A DNA stretch of 64,000 bases from Octopus vulgaris (lineage: Eukaryota), in contig OX597827.1 in the NCBI GenBank assembly GCA_951406725.2, positions 70,866,001 to 70,930,000 on the forward strand. Reading direction: 5' to 3'. How positions within the stretch are numbered: the first letter of the stretch is position 1; each line of letters opens with the position of its first letter. Shown here one piece after another: positions 44,753 through 58,049 of this stretch. The notes below the pieces were generated by a model. The model was not told the DNA's origin, did no database searches, and was given only the letters and a program-made list of their open reading frames with translations. The position numbers and the translations under genes were made by a program.

Positions 44753-45463
44753 CGTTAGAAGGCATGATGTTGTGGAATTGTCTGAGATAAAAATTTTTTT
44801 CACGGACTAGTTGTGTTAAAAACAATGTGTATGAGATGAAGGGGAACATCGTTGCTGTTGTGACTCGCCCGAACGACAGATGCGTTTTGCCTTTCTTGAG
44901 TTTTGTCAATATCAGGTACTCAATCGTCTGCTGCTTAAACGAAATTATATGTGGATTTCTGATGGAGCCATGCCTTTCAAATGAAGGTACTTTATGACAG
45001 CACGATACTCAGTTTTCTCCATTTTCTTTGTAACCTCGACACTTGTTTATTCAAAAATCTGTAACAAAAAAAAATAATAAATTATCAGAATCATGAAAAT
45101 GAGCAAGAATACTCCGAAAAGACTGTACTTACCAGAAAAAATTGTTTCGGCTACCTAGCAGCCCCGTTTCTAGATTAGGCTCAAAACTTTTCATACACCC
45201 CTCGTATATATGCAATGTGTGTGTGTGTGTGTGTGTGTGTCTGTGTATCTTATTAAACTATATAACGTAGAGCATAGAAAGTAGGATATCATATATATAT
45301 ATATATATGTGTGTGTGTGTTTGCGTGTGTGTACGTATGTGTGTATGCATAGCATGTGTAAACATACATGTATATATATATATAAGCACAAAAAAAACAC
45401 AACAACGCGAGGACGTGGAACAAATATAGTATTATTGGATGCTCAGGAAAGAAGGAAAGGAGG

Positions 45464-45498
45464 GTTTAACGTTTCGAGCGGAGCTCTTCGTCGGAAAC
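45464..45498 (-). ncRNA. minimal hammerhead-like motif (CCGACGA core)
   Basis: gttt CCGACGA a gagc-tcc-gctc GAAA cg TT aaac. Confidence 0.6.
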
Positions 45499-45867
45499 AT
45501 AGGTGAAGGAAAGATCCAGAGAAGGGAAGACAGAGGGGAAAAAATCGCCAACGGTACACACGCGGTCACATTAAATATATATATATGTGTGTGTATGCAT
45601 GTATGTATACGTATGTGTGTAGATACGTGTATGCGAATATATATATATATATATAATAAATCTCTGAACGAGATATAAACAGTAGCTGCATGACAATGTG
45701 AAGTATAATTGCCACTTAAATGTGACTAACCACTAAGGGTGGATGCTACTGTAGCTTGTAGCCCCAGGAGAACATCTCCACCTGGCTATTGACACACTTT
45801 CTATGCCCTATAAGTATTTGCAAAGGGAAGCCATCCCTCCTATCGTCGACCTGATGTGATACGCACG

Positions 45868-45946
<79 letters not shown>

Positions 45947-46386
45947 GTATAAGTAGCTTACAACGATCCCAGTGTCAAACTGGTACATATTTTATCGACC
46001 CCCGAAAGGATGAAAGGCAAAATCGACCTCAGCGGAATTCCAACTCGGAACGTAAAGTTGGAAGAAATGCCGCTAAGCATTTTAACCAACAAACTAACGA
46101 TTGTGCTACCTCGCCGCCTTAATATTAATACTAAATAGAACAAATAAGTCCATAATCAGATAAGATTTTTTCGGGATGTTATATAAGAATAAAAAAGATT
46201 ACTCACGAGACACAAACCAGATTATTTCTGTTAGATATCATTGTGTGTAATAAACAGAATGCGCGTCGGCGACAAATGGGAACAATTATCTATTGACAAA
46301 AGTACCAAACACAGCATTGTTGGGAATAAATGTGCATATGGAAACGAAAAAAGCCAACGTTAAAATAAATATAAATATAGACCCGA

Positions 46387-47000
46387 AGGCGGTGAGCTGG
46401 CAGAAGCGTTAGCACGCCGGGTGAAAGAAATGCTTTGCGGTATTTCGTCTGCCGTTAAGATCTGAGTTCAAATTCCGTCGAGGTCGACTTTGTCTTTCAT
46501 CCTTTCGGGGCCGATAAATTATGTACCAGTTACGCACTGGGATCGATATAATCGACTTAATCCCTTTATCTGTCCTTGTTTGTCCCCTATATGTTTAGCC
46601 CCTTGTGGGCAATAAAGAAATAGGAAATGTTAGCACGCCGGACGAAGTGCTAAGCGGTATTTCGTCCGTCTTTACGTTCTGAGTTCAAATTCCGACACGG
46701 TCGACTTTGCCTTTCATCCTTTCGGGATCGATAAATTAAGTACGAGTTTCGTACTGGGGATTATCTAATCGACTGGTCCCTTCCCAAAAATTTCGGACGT
46801 TGTGCCTAGAATAGAAAAGAATATTATTTAAAGGCGGCAAGCTAGCAGAATCGTTAGCACGCTCGCCAAAATGCTTTCGGCATTTCGTCCGTTTTTACGT
46901 TCTAAGAGGAAATTAAGTACCAGTTGAATATTGAGGTAAATGTAATCGATTAGCTCTCAACCCCCACATTTCAGGCTTTGTGCCTATGGCAGAAAGGGCT
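46387..47000 (+). mobile_element. SINE family B cluster
   Basis: Dimer plus an older variant. Confidence 0.85.
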
Positions 47001-47794
47001 ATTATTACTCATTTTGTTTATCCTGTACAAGCGTGTACTGATCATCATCTTATTTATTTTATTCAATTTCAGAAAAATTGAAGCATCTCTTTGACAATTC
47101 CGAAGTGCGTTGAACCTCATTTTGTGCGTGACTTCTGGCCCACTCTGTACACACACACACACACACACATTGGTGCAGAGCAATTTAAACCATAAATTGC
47201 GTGAGAAATAATCAGTATTTAGATCTCCATGTCTACTTCCTTTCATGCATTGTAACTGTATACATTGTTCATGTAATGCAGTTGCATCCATGCATCCGGG
47301 TCTGTGTGTTAAAGAGTATATTTAGAAAACAAAGCAAACCTGAGATCGCTTATAAGATATTTGGTTACATCATCTACCGTACGTTTCATTAACATTAGGT
47401 GGTTATTAATAACATTGTCAAATCGTCAGAGACGAAAAGATGACTGAATTCACTATCGTGTAAACAGCAAGCGATTGTACAGTCAAATGACATAACCAGG
47501 ATGTCTTGAGACATCTCCACGATGGTTAAGTGAAGTAGAAATTTTAAAAAATACTCGACCCTAATGATATAACAATATGTCTTGATAATGTAATTTACAT
47601 TAAGTAATTATCACCTTGCGTTAATGAAATTACGAAAGATGGTGAAAATAGACATCATACATAAAACTTCGCAGAGATAATCTTCTGATGCTTGGATGAC
47701 GCATAAAGACTGGTTTCTAGTTTCGGGAGGTTTTATGACGTGTGTGTGCGCGCGCCTCTGAGTATATGTCTGTATGCCTGTGTGTGTGTGTATG

Positions 47795-47866
<72 letters not shown>

Positions 47867-48142
47867 ATCCTACTTTCTATGCTCTACGTTATATATTTTA
47901 ATAATTACTGGTATTTTTATGTTATATTTGTAAAGCATGATATGTTATACATGTATATATATTGTTATATTGTTATAAGTGTTTTATTTTTAAAATAAAT
48001 AAATAGACATAATATAATGTCTAAAAGTTGATGAATACCACCTCATGATCCCCTCGATTTTCGTATTGCTTTATAATGCATAATATATATATATATAAAA
48101 TACATACATATATATATATATGTATATTATATATTGTATATG

Positions 48143-48189
<47 letters not shown>

Positions 48190-48224
48190 TATATATATAT
48201 ATGTGTGTGTGTGTATTCTGTTAT

Positions 48225-48557
48225 TCTGTTACTTGTTTCAGTCATCTGACTGCGGCCATGCTGGGGCACCGCCTTTAGTCGAACAAATAAGCCTAGAGCT
48301 TATTCCATCGGTCTCTCTAGCTAAAGTTACGGGGACGTAAACACATCAACACTGGTTGTCAAGCGATGGTGGAGGGACAAACGCACACACACATATATAT
48401 ATATACGACGGGTTTCTTTTGGTTTCCGTCTACCAAATCCGCTCACAAGACTTTGGTCGGCCTGAGACTATAGTAGATGACACTTGCCCAAGGTGCCACA
48501 CAGTGGGACTGAACCCGGATCAATGTGGTTGGAAAGCAAGCTTCTTACCACACAGCT
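48225..48557 (-). mobile_element. SINE family A, degraded
   Basis: Matches family with deletions. Confidence 0.8.
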
Positions 48558-48558
48558 A

Positions 48559-48618
<60 letters not shown>

Positions 48619-48623
<5 letters not shown>

Positions 48624-48810
48624 TAACAAAAATGTAAAGTGTCAATTCATTACGGCCGTTTCAAGCGGCTCCATTTAATTGATTAATGTAAACATTACGT
48701 TAATTTGAAAGAAACCGTTTCACACTGATGTAATGTTTTCATTAATCAATTAAATGGAGCCGCTTGAAACGGCCGTAATGAATTGATACCTCTACATCTT
48801 TGTTATTTAT
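48619..48810. repeat. foldback next to (TA)n, arms of about 80 bp
   Basis: 48619-48698 vs 48730-48810. Confidence 0.9.
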
Positions 48811-49339
48811 TCATTTTCTGTTCAACTAGCTTGGAATCTGAACTTCGGAAATACTATAGAAAGTACCTTTATAAAAAGTACACGTCTGAAATACCATGGG
48901 CGAATATCTTCACTTAGCTTGCGTTGTCTATACACACGACAGGAATATAGGGTACAAATACCCCTACACGGAGTCTTGATATTCAAATAATACTGTTGGG
49001 GTGCGGTGATTATACCGAACTAGCAGGGTGCTTCAATTTAAGTACCAAATTCAACTGAATTTTAATTGTATGTATATATATACAATTAAAATTGGAGAGC
49101 ATAACGATCAATGTTGAAACTGAAAAAAGATTAGCTTACATGGTGAACTAGAAGCCATTTGAATCGTGGAAAAGAGTTATATGTATCAGGGGGATTCGCG
49201 CCGGCTATCAAAATGTCGTCAACATGACTACTGCTCAGTGTCTCGTGAACCCTGTAAAAGTTGTAAGCCGTGTCATGGGAGCTACGACGAAGACTACGAA
49301 ACCATGGTCAGCAGGAAGGGACACAGCAGGCGTTTGCAC

Positions 49340-50203
49340 GCCGGAATCCGCCCGCAAATATTTGAACAGGACCTTAGGTTTAATACAGACGGTTATGTGA
49401 AGCTACTGGAGACTGTTATCAAAACCTGGCTGGAGAAGTTTGCTGCTGGAAGGCCATATGTGTAGCAGCAGGATTGTATTCTTAGCCATCCCTCCGGAAA
49501 GTGTCAGAAGTGATTGCCGGAGAATTTCTACGACTTCACCAGCCCCGATTTTTGGCCTTTTAATTCTCCTTCGATTGTTGTCCTGCGAATCCCTATGCGT
49601 GAAGCACAGTTCAGAAAGACACCAACCGTTCTGTTTGCACCAATAAGGCCGAGCTGGAGGTCAAGATCAAAGAGGTGTTTGAAGATCTTCCCGCGGGACG
49701 CAGTAAGGAGCGCATACATATCATATTTCTATTTCTTTATTACCCACAAGGGGCTAAATATAGAGGGGACAAACAAGGACAGACATAGGTATTAAGTCGA
49801 TTACATCGACCCCAGTGCGTTACTGGTACTTATTTAATCGACCCCGAAAGGATGAAAGGCAAAATCGACCTCGGCGGAATTTGAACTCAGAACGTAGCGG
49901 CAGACGAAATACCTATTTCTTTATTACCCACAAGGGGCTAAACATAGAGGGGACAAACAAGGACAGACATAGGTATTAAGTCGATTACATCGACCCCAGT
50001 GCGTAACTGGTACTTATTTAATCGACCCCGAAAGGATGAAAGGCAAAATCGACCTCGGCGGAATTTGAACTCCGAACGTAGTGGCAGACGAAATACCGCT
50101 AAGCATTTCGCCTGGCGCGCTAACGTGTCTGCCAGCTCGCCGCCTTATATCATATTTCGTCTCGAACCCGTTGTGGAAGCTGTGAGCAGTTGATCTGAAT
50201 AAA
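49340..50203 (+). mobile_element. degraded Tc1/mariner-superfamily transposase fragment interrupted by a SINE dimer
   Basis: YVKLLETVIKTW...PYV*QQDC..SH...ENFYDFTSPDFWPFNSP (QQD and WPPNSPD motifs); resumes after 50158 as RLEPVVEA. Confidence 0.7.
49730..50146 (-). mobile_element. SINE family B dimer with 12-bp TSD
   Basis: ATATCATATTTC at 49718-49729 and 50147-50158. Confidence 0.93.
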
Positions 50204-50336
50204 TTGTTATCTCCCAGCCAGAATCCGATTGATATTCTTTCATTTTTTGAAATACTTTTAGTTTCGGTTGGGATCCTGTGCTTCGGTTGGGATCATGAGG
50301 TGGTATTCACCAACTTTTAGACATTATATTATGTCT

Positions 50337-50794
50337 CTCTTTTCTCTTTTCTCTTTTACTTGTTTCAGTCATTTGACTGCGGCCATGCTTGAGCACCGCC
50401 TTTAGTCGAGCAAATCGACCCCGGAACTTATTCTTTGTAAGCCCAGTACTTATTCTATCGGTCTCTTTTGCCGAACCGCTAAGTAACGGGGACGTAAACA
50501 CAGCAGCATCGGTTGTCAGGCAATGCTAGGGGGACAAACACAGACACACAAACACACACACACATACATATATATATATACATATATACGACAGGCTTCT
50601 TTCAGTTTCCGTCTACCAAATCCACTCACAAGGCATTGGTCGGCCCGGGGCTATAGCAGAAGACACTTGCCCAAGATGCCACGCAGTGGGACTGAACCCG
50701 GAACCATGTGGTTGGTTAGCAAGCTACTTACCACACAGCCACTCCTGCGCCTATGGTTAGCAAGCTACTTACCACACAGCCACTCCTGCGCCTA
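50337..50794 (-). mobile_element. SINE family A with duplicated head
   Basis: TSD ATGTCT at 50331-50336 and 50795-50800. Confidence 0.92.
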
Positions 50795-51590
50795 ATGTCT
50801 ATTTATGTATTTTAAAAATAAAACACTTATAACAATATAACAATATATATACATGTATAACATATTATGCTTTACATATATAACATAAAAATACCAGTAA
50901 TTATTAAAATATATAACGTAGAGCATAGAAAGTAGGATATCATATATATATATATATAGAGAGAGAGGCATACACGCACAGGCATACTCACACACTCTCA
51001 GAGGCGCGCGCACACACACGTCATAAAACCTCCCGAAACTAGAAACCAGTCTTTATGCGTCATCCAAGCATCAGAAGATTATCTCTGCGAAGTTTTATGT
51101 ATGATGTCTATTTTCACCATCTTTCGTAATTTCATTAACGCAAGGTGATAATTACTTAATGTAAATTACATAATCAAGACATATTGTTATATCATTAGGG
51201 TCGAGTAATTTTTTTAAATTTCTACCTCACTTAACCATCGTGGAGATATCTCAAGACATCCTGGTTATGTCATTTGACTATACAATCGCTTGCTGTTTAC
51301 ACGATGGTGAATTCAGTCATCTTTTCGTCTCTGACGATTTGACAATGTTATTAATAACCACCTAATGTTAATGAAACGTACGGTAGATGCTGTAACCAAA
51401 TATCTTATAAGCGATCTCAGGTTTGCTTTGTTTTCTAAATATACTCTTTAACACACAGACCCGGATTGCATGGATGCAACTGCATTACATGAACAATGTA
51501 TACAATTACAATGCATGAAAGGAAGTAGACATGGAGATCTAAATACGTATTATTTCTCACGCAATTTATGGTTTAAATTGCTCTGCACCA

Positions 51591-51624
<34 letters not shown>

Positions 51625-51961
51625 AGAGTGGGCCAGAAGTCACGCACAAAATGAGGTTCAACGCACTTCGGAATTGTCAAAGAGATGCTTCAATTTTCTG
51701 AAATTGAATAAAATAAATAAGATGATGATGAATACACGCTTGTACAGGATAAATAAAATACAGCCCTTTCTGCCATAGGCACAAAGCCTGAAATTTGGGG
51801 GTGAGAGCTAATCGATTACATTGACCTCAACATTCAACTGGTACTTAATTTTATATAAACTGTCGAATTTAGCCCAAACACCCTTGTGTATGTGTGTGGG
51901 GGCGTGCATGAGTATGTGTGTGTGTGCATATGTGTGTGTACGTATGTGTGTATATGTATAT

Positions 51962-52368
51962 ACTCTTTACTCTTTTACTTGTTTCAGTCATTTGACTGCG
52001 GCCATGCTGGAGCACCGCCTTTAATCGAGCAACTCGACACCGGGACTTATTCTCTTGTAAGCCCAGTACTTATTCTATCGCTCACTTTTGCCGAACCGCT
52101 AAGTAACGGGGACATAAACACACCAGCATCGGTTGTCAAGCAATGATAGAGGGACAAACACAGACACACAAACACACACACGCATACATATATATACATA
52201 TATACGACGGGCTTCTTTCAGTTTCCGTCTACCAAATCGACTCACAAGGCTTTGGTCGGCCTAGGCTATAGTAGAAGACACTTGCCCAAGGTGCCAAGCA
52301 GTGGGACCGAACCCGGAACCATGTGGTTGGTAAACAAGCTACTTACCACACAGCCACTCCTGCGCCTA
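51962..52368 (-). mobile_element. SINE family A
   Basis: Matches family. Confidence 0.9.
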
Positions 52369-52635
52369 CCTAGACATGCAACTATACATGTTTTTTTTGT
52401 TTGTTTGTTTCCTTGCAAGCATGTATGTACCATGTATATATGCTACTACTTACATTTATTTCTAGACTTCTCGCTAATGGAGAAAGGACCTGCTTCTAAC
52501 TTAAATCCAAGGCTCCCTTCATTAGAATTTCATCGTCAACAGGATATTTATGCATGGCTGAGTGTATATATGGAAGTATTTGACGTCAGCACACATGCAG
52601 ATCCTTGCGATTTACCTTATGTATGTATAGTTGCA

Positions 52636-52951
52636 AGCGGAGGCACATGGCCTGGTGGTTAGAGCAGCGGACTCGCGGTCGAGGGATTGCGGGTTCGAAT
52701 CTCAGACCGGGCGATGTGTGTGTTTATGAGCGAAACGCCTAAGCTCCACGTGACTCTGGCAGAAGATAATGGCACATTTCTGCTGACTCTTTCGCCACAA
52801 CTTTCTCTCACTTTTTTCTCTTGCATCTTGCAGCTCACCTGCGACGGACCGGCGTCCCGTCCAGGTGGGGAACCTATACGCCAAGGAAACTGGGAAACCG
52901 GCCCTCATGAGCCAGGCGTGGCTCGAGAAGGAACAAACAAACAAAACAAAC
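52636..52951 (+). mobile_element. SINE with C-type head and alternative tail, 13-bp TSD
   Basis: ATGTATAGTTGCA at 52623-52635 and 52952-52964; (ACAA)n end. Confidence 0.9.
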
Positions 52952-53319
52952 ATGTATAGTTGCATGTCTAGGTATATGCATGTATACTTATATGCTAAAC
53001 TTTTGGAAAGTTTTACATATTTATACAGTTCCATTAATGGCTTGTATCTGTAGTCTTCTAATTAACTTTCTCCTTTCAGTTTTTTTTAACCCCTTATATC
53101 TCAAGGCTGGTACAAAGGGAGTTGGTAACATCTCAAGTGCCCTAATGGATATATGCATGAATGTGTTAAAGCGGATGTAAATAACAGCCTGTTATATAAC
53201 GCAAAGATTAAATCATGCAATGACATACAATGTATGTCTTCATGCATGCATGTCATTTCCTATATCAGTCAGTATGCACGTATATACATATACGCAAATA
53301 CATAAGTACATATAAATAC

Positions 53320-53389
<70 letters not shown>

Positions 53390-53800
53390 CAAATTGAGAT
53401 AGCGGTTGTGAGTGCAACCCACCATGGGATAACATATATCCAATATACTCCCAGTAAAGCACCCAACAAAGTTAAGAGGCCTTGGGATATATTTGTAAAT
53501 GTCTCATTTATAACCACATATTAACTTATCACACCTGGCTAATATGAGCATAATGAGATACTCATATCTACATGGCTGAAACAGCTGTAAGATATAGTTT
53601 ATATTTATATTCATATTTATTTATATTTATTTATACATATTGTACTTATTGCATCATATTACTCATTGATGTGCACTGTTTTGTTCTGTACTATTATGTT
53701 TGACCTTGATGTTCATATGTAGTTGGTTAATAAATTATGTGAATGGGTATTATCTGGTAGTTGATTATTGATCAAGGTGTATTTCTCCATTTTCTTATTT

Positions 53801-53873
<73 letters not shown>

Positions 53874-53900
53874 AAAAGTCACTCTGAACCATTGAGTGGA

Positions 53901-54211
<311 letters not shown>

Positions 54212-54325
54212 ATGTATATATATATAAAAGTCATAAATGACAGAAATATTTTGATGAACTTTTATTTAACAATAAGAAAAAAGCTTAATATCACAATAAA
54301 CACATATCTAGCTATCTACCATAAC

Positions 54326-54372
<47 letters not shown>

Positions 54373-54389
54373 AATACATACATACACAT

Positions 54390-54483
<94 letters not shown>

Positions 54484-54694
54484 TATATATATGTATGTAT
54501 ATATGCATTTATGTATATAAACATGTATCCTTATATAGACAGATATAGACATATACACACATACATATATATATACAAATACAGGCATGTATTCATGAAT
54601 ACAAGCACACACACACAATCGCTCCGTCACCTACACTCTGAAAAGTACACGCAAACACACACACATACACACATACACACGGTTGTAGCATATG

Positions 54695-54771
<77 letters not shown>

Positions 54772-54812
54772 TACCCACGCGATTATCGAGATAATTACAC
54801 CTATACACACAC

Positions 54813-54890
<78 letters not shown>

Positions 54891-55061
54891 CTCAGATACA
54901 TAAATAACTTGAAAGCACTAGTAAAAAAAAAAAAAGCCAAACATTCACATATATAATGGAAATATTACATACACCCACATCTTTACACAAAGAAAACACA
55001 CGCAAAACATACATACCTACTGATATATATATATGTATGTGTGTGTGTGTGTGTGTTGTTG

Positions 55062-55094
<33 letters not shown>

Positions 55095-55262
55095 GCACGC
55101 ACGCAAACACACACATGCACTCATACACGCAAATCTTCCTGCGCGCGCGCTTCCCGAAATAACTTCAGACAGTGGAAGGAGGATACACTTGCAGTTTAAA
55201 CTGAAACATTATATGTATGTGTTTGTGTGTATAATACATACATACATACATACATACATACA

Positions 55263-55294
<32 letters not shown>

Positions 55295-55876
55295 CATATA
55301 CATATATATACATACACATAGACACGCGCGCACACGTACACATTTATACACATACACACACACATATATATTTATATAATTTTCGGTTTGTAAGATAACT
55401 ACCTCCTCTCCTTCCTACACAGATAGTGCAGGAACTCATATTCATACATACCCTTTCATGCATCTATATATATATATATGTATATATATATACACGTAGA
55501 TACCTAACGTACGTATTACGTGTAAGTGTGCGTGTGTTTATGTAATGTGTGAATCTGCGTCAAAATCCGCAATTTAACTTGCTACCAAAGAACTTTTTGA
55601 CGTCTGCTCCTGCTGTTGCTGCTGCTGATGTTACAGCCGTTGCTATTAGTTACCTTCAACCCAAACCGTTCTTTGCCAGTTCTTAGGTAACTCGAATACC
55701 AGACAGACGTGCGGAAAGAGGAAGTCGCTCAAGGCCGTCAGAACCAAACCCTTTTCTTGTCAGCTGCATCAAATTTAATTTTTGCAGGGATTAAGAACCA
55801 GTGAAATTTCTAAGTTTTCAGTGAAAATTTTCTTATAACTCCTAAATTAATAACACCACTGAAAAATTTTTTGAAA

Positions 55877-56545
55877 ATGTCTGAAAAACCAGAACTACCC
55901 TTCGGGTATTTGGGTGCACAGGAAAAGTTCGCCGAATTCGGTTTGGCCACTGATAATTATACCGAACCCGAGATCACTGCCCAGGACAATCAGCTGGAAA
56001 TTAAACTGAAAACTTCGAAACCAGTGAAAGTTACGTGCAATTTGATTGCCTGCAAAGACGACAAGGAAACACCGGAAAACGTTTTTACCCACACTCGTGA
56101 TAAAACAATTACTCTGGTTGTTCACTTCCCGACATCTGGTTACTACAAACTGCAGATCTATGCCTTACCTCTCTCCGACGAAAGCAAAACCTTGCCCGGT
56201 GTCTTCAACTATTTTATTAATGTGAAACGGGCTTTGAATGCTGTCTACCCTTTCCCCAAGCAATATGCCCAGTGGAAAGATGGATGTTACCTGTGCGAAC
56301 CGTTGGTCTTGCATGAGGGAAGCAGCCTGGCAAAAGTGAACTTCAAATGCTGTATTCCGAAAGCTAATGCCGTAGCAGTTGTAGCCGAAGGAGAGTGGGT
56401 GCACCTTACCAAAGATGGCAACGAAAACTGGGAAGGAAAAGTTGCACTCAGCCAATTTAGAGGAAAAGGAATAAAAGTTACTCTAAACGCCAACTTCGGA
56501 CCCGACGAAACGAAATATTCCACTCTTTTGGAATACAATATCTAA
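55877..56545 (+). CDS. KY/hillarin/LTD-1-like Ig-fold repeat protein, 222 aa, single coding exon (or terminal exon of a longer gene)
   Basis: The only long complex ORF not derived from a repeat or transposon. ATG in AAAATG context at 55877, in-frame stop upstream at 55811-55813. Motifs PFGYLG, GYYKLQIYALP, LPGVFNYFI, FPKQYAQWKDGCYLCEP and YSTLLEY recall, from memory, the C-terminal domains of molluscan hillarin/kyphoscoliosis-peptidase-like proteins. Family call not search-verified. Confidence 0.8.
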   Translation: MSEKPELPFGYLGAQEKFAEFGLATDNYTEPEITAQDNQLEIKLKTSKPVKVTCNLIACKDDKETPENVFTHTRDKTITLVVHFPTSGYYKLQIYALPLSDESKTLPGVFNYFINVKRALNAVYPFPKQYAQWKDGCYLCEPLVLHEGSSLAKVNFKCCIPKANAVAVVAEGEWVHLTKDGNENWEGKVALSQFRGKGIKVTLNANFGPDETKYSTLLEYNI

Positions 56546-56741
56546 ATGACGGAACGAACGTTTTTAATTTTTTTTTCATCCAACTCCGGCTACTTGATTA
56601 CAGTTTCAACTAATTATAAGTTAAAATTAATTCTAATTATATGCATAGTTTAATATTTCTCATTAAGCTAATTTTTTTATGCTTCATAGCTTCCTATTTT
56701 CAAAACTTAATTTAGTCTTTTACATCATCTATCAAATTGAC

Positions 56742-56808
<67 letters not shown>

Positions 56809-57317
56809 GTCTGTCTGTCTGCCTTCCTTTCTTTCGTTCTTTCTATTCGTCTGTTTACACATCCACATATATCGTATAAGCATAATGTGACACCTTTATA
56901 AATGCATGTGTGTGTGTGTGTGCGTGCGTGCGCGTGCCTGCGTATTTGCTTGTGTGCATGCGTGCGCTTCTGTGTGTGCATGTGTGCATGTCTGTGTGTG
57001 CGTGGAACATGTGTGTCTGTGTGTGCGTGGAACATGTGTGTTTGTGTCTGTGTCTATATACAGGCATATAATTTATGAGTTCAAAAAAAAAAACACGGAA
57101 GAGATATATTAAGCTACAAACAGACACATAACCAAACAAACGAAAAAAAAAAAGCAGAAAAAACCCTCCCCTCTGCATAATGCAAACCTTTAAACCCCCT
57201 CCTCCATTCCTCACTGCCTTCTTTATCTATTTATTTGTAAATTTATTTATTTATGTACAAAATGCTATTTCCGAAAAGTAATCACTAACAGGGCTATCTA
57301 TGGAAGACAGTTCGGAC

Positions 57318-57323
57318 AATAAA
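57318..57323 (+). promoter_or_regulatory. candidate polyadenylation signal for the 55877-56545 gene
   Basis: AATAAA about 770 nt after the stop, followed by U/GU-rich sequence; ATTTA repeats upstream near 57241. Confidence 0.35.
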
Positions 57324-57599
57324 TATATTTCTTTCAGAGAATTTTATCTTCTGAAATTGTTGTCTGTATTTTTTATGCAATTTTTTTTCTCTCAAATTCT
57401 TCTTTTCTTTTCTTTTTCCCGTTTTTTCTTTTTGTTGTTGTTGCTGCTGTTGTAAACAGTTGAAAGGGATTATCTAGGGATCCAGGGAACTGTTTTTTAT
57501 TTATTTATTTATTTATTTATTTATTTTTTCATCAGGAACCCTGTAACATTTTTTAATCTCATTTACATGCTTTCCCTATCTCTAAACCCCCTGCTATCG

Positions 57600-57637
<38 letters not shown>

Positions 57638-58049
57638 ATCTGCCCCGATCGAGGGGAATCTGTGCTCTGCGACGACATTCTACCCATGCCCACCACATCT
57701 TTTATATAATCACAGTTTATATATCTCCCACTATATTTATTATTCAGCAACATGTCATTCCTCTTCCTTAAAGAATTTACCGTCTGAATTGAAAGACATT
57801 CAGCTGCTGTTTCTAGCAGATCGAGTGACCACGCAGAAACACCGGCAGCACTTGTTCCGTTTTTGCGTGGATTATTTTTAAACTCACTTCTAACTTTTTA
57901 ATGCCATTTTTTTTAACATACTTCGATATTTTTTTTAATGGTTTTTTAATTGGATTAACAAAAAAAAAATATTTAACTTTTTAATAGAAGAGAAAATTAA
58001 ATCAGAAATTTGGATTAAGATATATACAGCTGGGATATCATTTATTTTG

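Larger units (their letters stand above)
46911..51850. repeat. local inverted duplication, 46911-48052 vs 50289-51850
   Basis: ORFs 46971..47291(-) and 51470..51778(+) are nearly identical; the right arm is interrupted by a SINE at 50337-50794. Confidence 0.95.

Noticed and set aside
48015-50801. TAATGTCTA direct repeat as the TSD of a 2.8-kb insertion
   Set aside because: Explained by a small local hairpin plus the inverted arm continuing to 50289
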